The translations under genes were made by a program, and so were the position numbers. 42,488 nucleotides of DNA. Origin: a virus. Position 1 is the first letter of the stretch; each line of letters starts with the position of its first letter. This document shows positions 8,947 to 17,114 of this stretch, one piece after another. The DNA lies in IMG/VR virus record IMGVR_UViG_3300002460_000010, positions 1 through 42,488 of that record. One strand, written 5' to 3'. The notes below the pieces were generated by a model. The model was not told the origin of the DNA. It did not search any database and was given only the letters and a program-made list of their open reading frames with translations.

Positions 8947-9414
8947 ATGTCAAAGAATTTTGTGGCTTTAAAAATAGCTATAGTAAAACCAAGTTATCTG
9001 AATTTACCGACTCATCCTTCCGGGCATGATGGTTATGAAATAGATCAGCACGGTATTGGTATGCATTATGATAAGGGTTGCTGTGATTTTGACGATAATG
9101 GTTTTCGTTATGCGGTAACAGCTTTGCCGGAGGAAAGAGCGAATGCTTATATAGCTAGAGGCCAGGGTAGAGTTGTTAAAATGACTGAAGCGGAAGCGGA
9201 AGCTTTCTTTGTTGAGCATTGTAAATATGAGCCGGAAGAAGTGTTTGATTTGGACAGATTGCAAGCTATCAAATTAAAGAAGGATTTTGGTTTGCCTTTA
9301 ACGGAAGATGATAATAATGCTATTAATCCTGATAATGCTTTTGTCAGGGGTATTTCTAAGAATTTGAAAAAGGGATTTAGAAATAAACTTCCTAAAGACG
9401 CGATAGTTTTATAA
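8947..9414 (+). CDS. hypothetical protein inside the sugar-enzyme island
   Basis: 155-aa ORF with strong SD (taaaggaggaaaatataATG). No motif recognised. Confidence 0.6.
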   Translation: MSKNFVALKIAIVKPSYLNLPTHPSGHDGYEIDQHGIGMHYDKGCCDFDDNGFRYAVTALPEERANAYIARGQGRVVKMTEAEAEAFFVEHCKYEPEEVFDLDRLQAIKLKKDFGLPLTEDDNNAINPDNAFVRGISKNLKKGFRNKLPKDAIVL

Positions 9415-9421
9415 CTCAATT

Positions 9422-10744
9422 ATGGAGGAAAGTAAATTAAAAATTACTTGTGTAATACCCGTTTTAAACGGAGCTAAGTACATCGCCAAAGCTATTCAAA
9501 GCGTTCAACAGCAGGAAGAACCTTGGGAATTAATGATAGTAGATGGCGGTTCAACTGATAATACGGAAGAAATTGTAAGGGAATTTAATGACCCAAGAAT
9601 AAGGTTTGTCTCAATACCAAACTGTGAAGGTCCGTATGTTCAAGAAGACGAAGGTATCAAATTAGCTACCGGAGACATCTATCACAATATGGGCTGTGAC
9701 GATACGGTCCTTCCTGGTGCTTATAAGACGGTTCGTGAGAACATTGGTGATGCAGAATGGATGTACGGAAATATGGTCGTCTACAATGAGGACTATCAGT
9801 TCAAGCGCGAGAATCATTCCCCTATTTTCAACTATCATCACTATATGGAGGGTAATATGCTCGGAACTCCCTGTTCGTTTATAAGGCTGGACTTTATTAA
9901 AAAGCATAACCTAAAACATACAGGCAGGTGGTTAAACGCTGATTACTATTTTTTACGACTTTGCGCCCAGAAGGCAAAACCGAAACAGATTGGTGATATG
10001 TTGATAGGGATTATGGCTAGAAAAGACTCTATTACTGGTCAAAATTCTAAACAATTTTCTGAATGGAAATTAGAGATGATGGAAGAGCTTAATCAGCTTC
10101 CTTTGCCCGATTATGCTAAAGAAGAGGTGGTTAACCCTAAAGTTCTGATAGCTATAGGCCATCACGGGACGGTTAGAACCGAGATGCTACAGGTTGTGGC
10201 AACTATGATAACTGACGGGAGATGTAGAATAAAGATAATCTATCCTGGTGATAGAATGACTGAAGAGAGGTTCGCCAAGCTAGGAAAAAAGGTGGTTAAA
10301 GAGGGCTGGGACTTTTTATTGAGTATTGATGCTGATAATCCGCCTATTAAAAATCCATTGGATTTAGTCTTCCTAAACAAGGATGTTATGGGCTTGCCGA
10401 CTCCACAATGGTATAATGAAGATAAATACCCAATATTTTGGACAGCTTTAAAGAAAGTACCTAATGGCTGGGATCAGTGGGAAAATAGAAAAGGTTTACA
10501 ACAAGTAGATGCAGTTGGTTCAGGATGTATTATAATTAAGAGAAAGGTGTTCGAGGCCCTTCCAGACGCTCCCTTTGAAAGGAAATGGAATAAGGACGGA
10601 ACACAGGAGTCGGGTGCAGATTTCAACTTCTGTGAAAGAGCAAAATCAAAGGGATTTGAGATTTGGACCCACTTCGACTATCCATGTTCGCACTTTAAGG
10701 AACTGGACTTACTGGAAGTGCTGAAGTTCAAACATAGAGATTAA
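9422..10744 (+). CDS. two-domain glycosyltransferase (GT2 N-half fused to a second GT-A-like C-half)
   Basis: N-half: 'ITCVIPVLNGAKYIAKAIQSV', 'ELMIVDGGSTDNT'. C-half: 'LLSIDADNPP' (DxD), 'GSGCIIIKRKVFE', 'GADFNFCERAKSKGFEIW'. Confidence 0.65.
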   Translation: MEESKLKITCVIPVLNGAKYIAKAIQSVQQQEEPWELMIVDGGSTDNTEEIVREFNDPRIRFVSIPNCEGPYVQEDEGIKLATGDIYHNMGCDDTVLPGAYKTVRENIGDAEWMYGNMVVYNEDYQFKRENHSPIFNYHHYMEGNMLGTPCSFIRLDFIKKHNLKHTGRWLNADYYFLRLCAQKAKPKQIGDMLIGIMARKDSITGQNSKQFSEWKLEMMEELNQLPLPDYAKEEVVNPKVLIAIGHHGTVRTEMLQVVATMITDGRCRIKIIYPGDRMTEERFAKLGKKVVKEGWDFLLSIDADNPPIKNPLDLVFLNKDVMGLPTPQWYNEDKYPIFWTALKKVPNGWDQWENRKGLQQVDAVGSGCIIIKRKVFEALPDAPFERKWNKDGTQESGADFNFCERAKSKGFEIWTHFDYPCSHFKELDLLEVLKFKHRD

Positions 10745-10759
10745 GAGGAGGAATGGCTA

Positions 10760-11908
10760 ATGCCGGCATTTTTATCGGGCAACCTGGTATATTCTGATTT
10801 AACTGGTTCCGCTAAGAGGACATCTGCTTTTACTTCTACGGTTCAGGCTTCTTTTACTGCAACCGGAATAACCGGAGCAACTACGGATGCTGCGGATTTT
10901 TATGGTTGCGTTGATTCAACCGATAAACATACCAGATATTCAGGTTTTACTTCAACGGTAAAAAGTTCATTTACAGCGGCTAATAATAATTTAGGTATTA
11001 CTTGGGATGGAAAATCTCCTGCTAGATATTATACGGGAGACAACACTAATACTAAAATAAAGAAGTTTTCAGGCTTTACTTCAACTGTAGCTTCTAGCGT
11101 AACTAGCTTAGACTCTCCTTGGGATGTTACGTTTGATGAAACTGATTGTTATTATTCTGATTTTACCGGTACTGTTAGATTAGTAAGGTTATCTGCTTTT
11201 ACATCTACGGTTAAAGCTTCCATAGCATCTCCTGGCACTGGTCCTAGAGGTATTTCTATTCAAGAGAGTAATTTGCTTTCATCGAACGCTGCGGCTGACC
11301 CAAATAATAAGGTATATCAACATAGTGCTTTTACTACGACTATAAAAGTTTCTTTTCAAAGAAGTGACGTTCACGGTATGGAGTGGGATGATTATGCTAC
11401 TAGAGCTCAGGATGCAACTACTACTTCTTCGTCTACTAGTACGTCAACCTCCACTAGTACAAGTACATCAACTTCTACTTCAACTTCTACCTCTACGTCT
11501 ACTAGCACTAGTTCTACATCTACCAGCACGAGTACGTCAACTTCTACTTCTACTTCCACTAGTACAAGTACGTCAACATCTTCTTCTACTACTTCAAACA
11601 CTTCTTCTTCTACATCATCATCTACTTCAAGTTCGACGACTTCTAATACCGAATCAACTACTTCTTCGACAACTACTTCTACTTCTACCTCTACTTCTAC
11701 TTCTACCTCTACTTCTACTAGTACCTCTACAAGTACAAGTTCTACTACCTCTACTTCTACTTCTACTTCCTCTACAACTTCTACTTCTTCCACAACTTCT
11801 ACAACAACTTCCACCAGTTCTTCCAGTTCTACTACTACCCAACCGCCCTATATGGTGCCGCAAGTAGACATCCAGGAGTTTAAGCCAATTATAGATACTA
11901 TGGTATAA
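10760..11908 (+). CDS. repeat-domain protein with a ~140-aa poly-Ser/Thr ('mucin-like') tract and short C-terminal tail; candidate glycosylated virion fibre/decoration
   Basis: SD gaggagg lies 8 nt upstream. The N-terminal 215 aa hold 5-6 copies of S(A/G)FTSTV(K/Q)(A/S)SF spaced about 39-44 aa apart. Residues ~220-360 are S/T with only a few N/E. The protein ends QPPYMVPQVDIQEFKPIIDTMV. It lies between the last GT and the tail genes. Confidence 0.6.
   Translation: MPAFLSGNLVYSDLTGSAKRTSAFTSTVQASFTATGITGATTDAADFYGCVDSTDKHTRYSGFTSTVKSSFTAANNNLGITWDGKSPARYYTGDNTNTKIKKFSGFTSTVASSVTSLDSPWDVTFDETDCYYSDFTGTVRLVRLSAFTSTVKASIASPGTGPRGISIQESNLLSSNAAADPNNKVYQHSAFTTTIKVSFQRSDVHGMEWDDYATRAQDATTTSSSTSTSTSTSTSTSTSTSTSTSTSTSTSSTSTSTSTSTSTSTSTSTSTSTSSSTTSNTSSSTSSSTSSSTTSNTESTTSSTTTSTSTSTSTSTSTSTSTSTSTSSTTSTSTSTSSTTSTSSTTSTTTSTSSSSSTTTQPPYMVPQVDIQEFKPIIDTMV
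11417..11839 (+). repeat. coding low-complexity Ser/Thr tract (varied codons) within 10760..11908
   Basis: Read directly from the translation. Other frames give artefactual LRLQ (+) and VEVE (-) ORFs. Confidence 0.9.
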
Positions 11909-11930
11909 TTAGTTAAAAGGAGGTAAATAA

Positions 11931-13328
11931 ATGCTGGTTAGAATTAAGAACGAAACATTAATAGATAAAAGAGAGGGGACGTATTTAACCGCAGCTGTCG
12001 CCGCCGCCGGGACTTCTCTTACGGTCCAGGATAATAACCAATTCTTAGCTGATAATGAATTTTATTTACTGGGTCCGATAGGTTCGGAAACTTCGGAAAT
12101 TATACAGAAAAACGGAGCTGGAACTCTTGGAGTTACGATAGCGGTTGATGCTATTACTTTTGCTCACCCGATTAATACTCCTCTCTACCGGCTTGACTAT
12201 AACCAATTTCGTTTAGCTCATTCTACGACTACTTCCACTAATGATATAGACGCAGCTAATGTAACAACCGCATCTCTTCAGTTTGATGACACCTATACCC
12301 GTTATCAGGATTCTACCTATACTACGGGTTATTTCTTTGTCCGTTTCTATAACTCTCAAACTACTACGTTTTCCGATTATTCTGCTCCTATTCCGGTGGG
12401 AGGACATACTCAGCTTTCCCTGTGGGAAATAGCCAGGAGAGTTTATAAGCATATCGGTTTTTTGAATAATGATGATATGGATGAGAGCCAAGTCAAATTT
12501 GCCGAAGTCAGGAGGGCTATAAATGATAAGCAGAGAGATATAGTTCACGATAGGCTTTGGAATTTTGCCGAGGGCGAACGGAGCTTTGCTACCGTAGCTA
12601 ATCAATTCCGGTATGTTCCTGATTCTACCAGAGTAGGGATTATTAATACGGTTATTTCTGATTCTAAACCGTTAAAATACATTGACAGGCAGACCTGGGA
12701 GTTGACTCATATCGATTCTGATACGACCTCTTCTTATGCGACGCACTTCTCTATCTGGAATAATGAGATTCATTTATATCCTAAGCCGTCAACGGCTGCT
12801 TCTTCTACTACTATGAATGATTCCGGCGGTATCAGCGCGACTGATACTTCGGTTATTCTTACTTCAGCTTCGGGGTTCAGAGCTATCGGCGGGTTTTACA
12901 GGTTTATAATTGATTCTGAGGTTATCTATTCTCCGGCCTTATCCAGCGTCACGTTTTCGGGACTTTTAAGAGGCCGGGAAGGCACAACTGCCGCTGCTCA
13001 TTCTGACGGAGCGACTGTAACTGAGAGAGATATTGTTTATACGTATCAAGTAGAACCGACTGACTTGTCTGATATAACTGATGAAACGATCGTGCCTGAA
13101 CCTGAAGTAATAGCGGTTGGCGTGGCGGCGGACTTCGCCAGAGGCTCTATCGGAGACAATGCTTTAGCTGACCGATTGGATAAGCTCTATAAAGAAGGGT
13201 ATCAGAAACTCATTACAAAATATTCTAAGAAAGTAAAGACGACTTTTAATGCAGTTAAAGATGTTGAGAATACCGTAGATTCAAGAAATCTCTTGAATCC
13301 CAATGATTATCCTCAAAATCTCTCTTAA
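11931..13328 (+). CDS. putative virion structural protein (tail/adaptor region)
   Basis: 465 aa, SD aaaggaggtaaataaATG, first large ORF after the glyco-island. Stop overlaps the next ATG (TAATG). Confidence 0.4.
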   Translation: MLVRIKNETLIDKREGTYLTAAVAAAGTSLTVQDNNQFLADNEFYLLGPIGSETSEIIQKNGAGTLGVTIAVDAITFAHPINTPLYRLDYNQFRLAHSTTTSTNDIDAANVTTASLQFDDTYTRYQDSTYTTGYFFVRFYNSQTTTFSDYSAPIPVGGHTQLSLWEIARRVYKHIGFLNNDDMDESQVKFAEVRRAINDKQRDIVHDRLWNFAEGERSFATVANQFRYVPDSTRVGIINTVISDSKPLKYIDRQTWELTHIDSDTTSSYATHFSIWNNEIHLYPKPSTAASSTTMNDSGGISATDTSVILTSASGFRAIGGFYRFIIDSEVIYSPALSSVTFSGLLRGREGTTAAAHSDGATVTERDIVYTYQVEPTDLSDITDETIVPEPEVIAVGVAADFARGSIGDNALADRLDKLYKEGYQKLITKYSKKVKTTFNAVKDVENTVDSRNLLNPNDYPQNLS

Positions 13329-15043
13329 TGCGGCCAATTCCGGATAAAATTTATCGTGATTTTTCCGGGGGTATAAGAAGAGATAAAAGCCCCTATGATT
13401 TAAAAGATAATGAACTCCAGCGAGGGAGGAATTTTGAGATAGATGACCAGGGGAGGATAAGGAAGAGAAGAGGATCTCTTCAATTCGGGCAGGATGTGGC
13501 TAATATAATTAACTTTCATTGCGATGCTAATGGACTATTTGCAGCTAATTATCATGCCACTCAGTTAGTCGTATACAGATTAAGAAGTTCTACAAATGAT
13601 TCGGCTTTAACCACGGCCACCAGTTCTATAGCCGTTTCACCTTCAGGACAATTTATTGCCGGACCTTCCAGTGCAGAAGTTAATGGAGATGAGTTTAGCT
13701 ATGGTTCCGGCGGCGGTGGATCACCTTTAGCTACGGTTACGGGTATCAGTGAATCTCATGCGGCCCGCAGTGTTATTCAACAATGGGTTTCGATAGGAAC
13801 TCTTAATTCTACCCGAACTCACGTCAGCATTGACGGCTGTTGGTTTACCTATCTTAACGGTTTGACGGTGATTTTAAGCAACGATAGCGCTAGTAATTCT
13901 GATATGTCTACCTGGGATGCCTCATCTATAGCCGATGTTCCGACTATGGATGTTAATGCCAGACTGTTAGAAACATTCAGGGATAGGGTTTTTACGGTCC
14001 TAACTAATGGCAGCAGAGTATATTATTCAAATCTTGGAGTTGTTGCTTTCCCTACGACTATTGAAGATAATTCTTTTGATATAGAAGACCAATTAGGAGA
14101 ACCGATTACGGCTATAAAACAGTATCGTAAGAATTTAATTATTTCAAAACAATCATCGGTATATGCTTATTCCGGTTCTCTGCCGGTCAGGCAACTTACA
14201 ACTACTTGGGGAGTTTATAATGAGAATTGTTTGCAGGAAATAAGGGGTCTTCTTTATGGAGTAGGACCTGAAGGAGCTTTTGTTTCTAATGGTGTATCTT
14301 TTGTGGATATAGGCAAGCCGGTGCAGGAGTATTTGGAAGCTAATTCTAAAGTTGATTTTAATAGCGGGGGAGATGTTTCAGAGATTCAGCTTACCAGAAC
14401 CGCTCAATGGGATAATAAGTTTATTATTTATATAAATGATTTCACCGATCCCGAAACCGGCTTATCTGCGACTAAATTAGCTCTAGTTTACGACACAATT
14501 AAAAAGAACTGGGTAATCTGGAGAGATATAAGTGCCAGCACGGCTTTCAAATCTCTTAGTAACTTCAGAAGCGGCGGTTCGGTGCTTGGGGATCTGCAGC
14601 AAAGACCGATAGTTTTGTTTTCAGAAGGAACTATAGTTTATAGAATGTTCGAGAATAGGACTATTCAGCGAGTAACTGCCGGAGGCAGAACGGTGGGGAC
14701 CGACAGGTATTCTGATGAATATAAAGATGCAGTAGGCACTCCGATTACAATGAATGTCGTAACTAAGCCATTTGACTTAGGCCAGCCTAATTACCGCAAA
14801 GAGTGGGGCTATTTAAAGGTTTTTTGTGAGCGGCCTCAGGGGATGAGTATCTCGGCAATTATAGACGATGGCGACCCGATACCACTAGGCCAGTGTAATA
14901 GCAGAATCAATAGATTTAAATTTCCTCCTAATACTAAAGGAACCCGTTGCGCTCTCGCGATAGATGAATCTTCTATCAATTCTTCGGCTATCTTTAATGG
15001 CTGTATCTTTGAGGAGTGTAAGGTAATAGACCAAAATGTCTAA
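13328..15043 (+). CDS. putative tail (nozzle/tubular-type) structural protein
   Basis: 571 aa, translationally coupled to the upstream ORF. Position is typical of podovirus tail proteins. No motif verified. Confidence 0.35.
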   Translation: MRPIPDKIYRDFSGGIRRDKSPYDLKDNELQRGRNFEIDDQGRIRKRRGSLQFGQDVANIINFHCDANGLFAANYHATQLVVYRLRSSTNDSALTTATSSIAVSPSGQFIAGPSSAEVNGDEFSYGSGGGGSPLATVTGISESHAARSVIQQWVSIGTLNSTRTHVSIDGCWFTYLNGLTVILSNDSASNSDMSTWDASSIADVPTMDVNARLLETFRDRVFTVLTNGSRVYYSNLGVVAFPTTIEDNSFDIEDQLGEPITAIKQYRKNLIISKQSSVYAYSGSLPVRQLTTTWGVYNENCLQEIRGLLYGVGPEGAFVSNGVSFVDIGKPVQEYLEANSKVDFNSGGDVSEIQLTRTAQWDNKFIIYINDFTDPETGLSATKLALVYDTIKKNWVIWRDISASTAFKSLSNFRSGGSVLGDLQQRPIVLFSEGTIVYRMFENRTIQRVTAGGRTVGTDRYSDEYKDAVGTPITMNVVTKPFDLGQPNYRKEWGYLKVFCERPQGMSISAIIDDGDPIPLGQCNSRINRFKFPPNTKGTRCALAIDESSINSSAIFNGCIFEECKVIDQNV

Positions 15044-15632
15044 CGAAGAATTACAAATAGATGCTTCGGATTATGAGGGAGATGTTTTCTCTGATGATTT
15101 AGAATTTGATTTAGATGAAGATTTAGAAACAGATGCGATAGATACATTATCTGAAGAAGGTGATTCGGTAGATTCTTACCAAACTATATTTGCCGTAGCT
15201 CCGCAGGTTATCTTAGCGGCAGCAAGTATTATACGCCCCGAAGCGACAGTAATGAACATAATAGCTACAATAGGTGGAGGAGCTGTTACGCTGACTTCTA
15301 ACCCGTCCATAGCTGATGGTATTAACGGACAACTGCTCGTCTTGAGAGGAAGCTCAGCAACTGATACAATTACATTAACGGACGGTAACGGGATGTTGTT
15401 AGCTGGGGATGTCACACTGGGCTTAAACGATACGATTACATTATATTATGACGGATTAATAACTAATGATTGGGTGGAGCTAGCTAGGAATTTAAATACA
15501 GTACAAACCTATGCAGCTACTAATGTAACGACTGACCGAGCTTATGACGCTGACACGGTAGTAGTAGCGGAATTAGCCGATGTTGTGGGAACATTAATAG
15601 CGGACTTAAGAGCATGGGGGATAGTAAAATAG
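15036..15632 (+). CDS. virion-module protein with highly acidic N-terminus and beta-rich C-terminal domain
   Basis: The first ~48 aa are D/E-rich (…DYEGDVFSDDLEFDLDEDLETDAIDTLSEEGDSVDSY). The C-terminus 'ELADVVGTLIADLRAWGIV' resembles endings seen in some phage fibre proteins (recollection only). Confidence 0.3.
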   Translation: MSNEELQIDASDYEGDVFSDDLEFDLDEDLETDAIDTLSEEGDSVDSYQTIFAVAPQVILAAASIIRPEATVMNIIATIGGGAVTLTSNPSIADGINGQLLVLRGSSATDTITLTDGNGMLLAGDVTLGLNDTITLYYDGLITNDWVELARNLNTVQTYAATNVTTDRAYDADTVVVAELADVVGTLIADLRAWGIVK

Positions 15633-15643
15633 GAGGGTAAAAA

Positions 15644-17113
15644 ATGGCGCTAAATACAAGCACATCGGTCGTAGACTTCTTAAAATTGCAGAATAAACCT
15701 TCTGATTTTAACTCACGTTTAGCTTTATATGAGTCCTCCGGCCTTAAGGATGCTTTTGGCGATTATAGGGGAACGGCGGAGCAGAATAGTACACTATTAC
15801 AAAAGTTATCCGCAACTCAACAACAAGCTCCAGCAGCACCTTTACCACCCTTACCTTCCGGTGGCTTAACTGAAAAAGACATTATTGATCAGACAGGGCC
15901 AGGCACTGTTTCTAATATCAACGACCTAGATCAGCCTGAAGAGTCAGTAGAAGAAAAACAAGCCAGAATAGAAGCTGAAGGACAGTTAGCTAGAGGCGGA
16001 GAAGGGCTTACAAGGGGAGTAGCTGGTTTACAGGCAGGAGCGGAAGCAACTATTTCCGGATTAGCAAAGAAAGGTACTCAAATACAAGAACAAATAGGTG
16101 AACAAGCGGCCGGATTTGGCGGTGCTTTTTCTGGTAAAACTAAGAAATCTCAAGCTGAAGTAGCTCAAGAAGTAGCAGAAAAACAGGCCCTTACCAGACA
16201 AAAACTCGGCGATGATATTTATAATTTATTCAGTAAAGAAGAACAAGCATTAGGAACAGAGTTCTTATCTCGTTTATCTATACCCGAAGCTCAGGAATTT
16301 GCCTCTAAAATACCCGCTCCAATTAGAGGGGTAGTTATGAACACTTATCAACAGGCTGTTGAAAAAGCTCAAGAGAAGGCCCAAAAGAGTGCTGCTGATA
16401 CGCTTGAGAAGCTAGGTTATGTTGTTGTTGGTGGAAAACTTGTATCTACATTAGCTGGTAGGACAGCAGAAAGAGCGGATGAAGCGGCAGTAAGAGCAGA
16501 AAGGACTGCCGAAAGACAAGATGCGATGTTAGAAATTTCGGAGAGAAGATTACAATTAGCAGAACGAGCAGCTCAAAATGCTTTGACTACTAATAATCTA
16601 ACCCCAAGACAGAACGCTACCTTCCTTAGAATCTCTGATAATTTTCAGAAGGATTCGGTTATTAAAAGTGCGGGTGCGGCGGTTAATGCTAGGACTATAG
16701 CTGACCAAGTTATTGCTAATCCTGGTAGTGCTGGTAATCAATTAAAGATACTCTACACTTTAGTTAAATCGTTAGACCCAGATACGGCCGTTAGAGAAGG
16801 TGAGTTATCACTTGTTCAAAGCACTCAAAGCTATATTGGCAGATGGGAGACTACTCTTGAAAAGTTATCAACAGGTAAACTTGTGGATAATAAAACAGCT
16901 CTTGAGCTGGCTAAGGCAACTAAGGAACTTGCTGATATGTGGGACGCTTCAGCAAAACGAAGAACTGTATTCTATAATTCTCAAGCTAAGACTGGCGGTA
17001 TCGGAAAGGCTTGGGGTGAGTATACTGGCGGGATAGAAGCCGGGATGGCTGAATTAGATGCTGGGGGCGGAGGAGGAGCGGATGGAGGAAACAATAACCC
17101 ATTAGGAATATAA
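15644..17113 (+). CDS. putative internal virion / ejection protein
   Basis: 489 aa, Ala/Glu/Gln-rich coiled-coil-like middle and Gly-rich C-terminus. The N-terminal 'VVDFLKLQNKPSDFNSRLALYESSGL…GTAEQNSTLLQKL' resembles LysM-like wall-binding modules (recollection, unverified). Confidence 0.35.
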   Translation: MALNTSTSVVDFLKLQNKPSDFNSRLALYESSGLKDAFGDYRGTAEQNSTLLQKLSATQQQAPAAPLPPLPSGGLTEKDIIDQTGPGTVSNINDLDQPEESVEEKQARIEAEGQLARGGEGLTRGVAGLQAGAEATISGLAKKGTQIQEQIGEQAAGFGGAFSGKTKKSQAEVAQEVAEKQALTRQKLGDDIYNLFSKEEQALGTEFLSRLSIPEAQEFASKIPAPIRGVVMNTYQQAVEKAQEKAQKSAADTLEKLGYVVVGGKLVSTLAGRTAERADEAAVRAERTAERQDAMLEISERRLQLAERAAQNALTTNNLTPRQNATFLRISDNFQKDSVIKSAGAAVNARTIADQVIANPGSAGNQLKILYTLVKSLDPDTAVREGELSLVQSTQSYIGRWETTLEKLSTGKLVDNKTALELAKATKELADMWDASAKRRTVFYNSQAKTGGIGKAWGEYTGGIEAGMAELDAGGGGGADGGNNNPLGI

Positions 17114-17114
17114 T

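Noticed and set aside
11364-11867. Long ORFs in alternative frames over the S/T tracts: + frame LRLQ/LLLP-rich ORFs (11364..11867, N-terminus of 3468..4157) and - strand VEVEVE/RSRS ORFs (11407..11814, 11654..11863, 3439..3921).
   Set aside because: These are automatic by-products of reading (AGT/ACT/TCT)n-like codon strings out of frame. They have no RBS. The S/T frame is the one with a strong SD, a folded N-terminal domain and cross-copy protein-level conservation.
3458-11908. Sugar island as a DNA hypermodification (base glycosylation) system or as a lysogenic serotype-conversion cassette.
   Set aside because: For DNA modification: there is no dNMP hydroxymethylase or other base-modifying enzyme, and the GTs are GT2/GT4 types. 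For serotype conversion: there is no integrase or repressor. The late-operon position next to S/T acceptor-like proteins fits virion modification better. These remain alternatives in the main finding.
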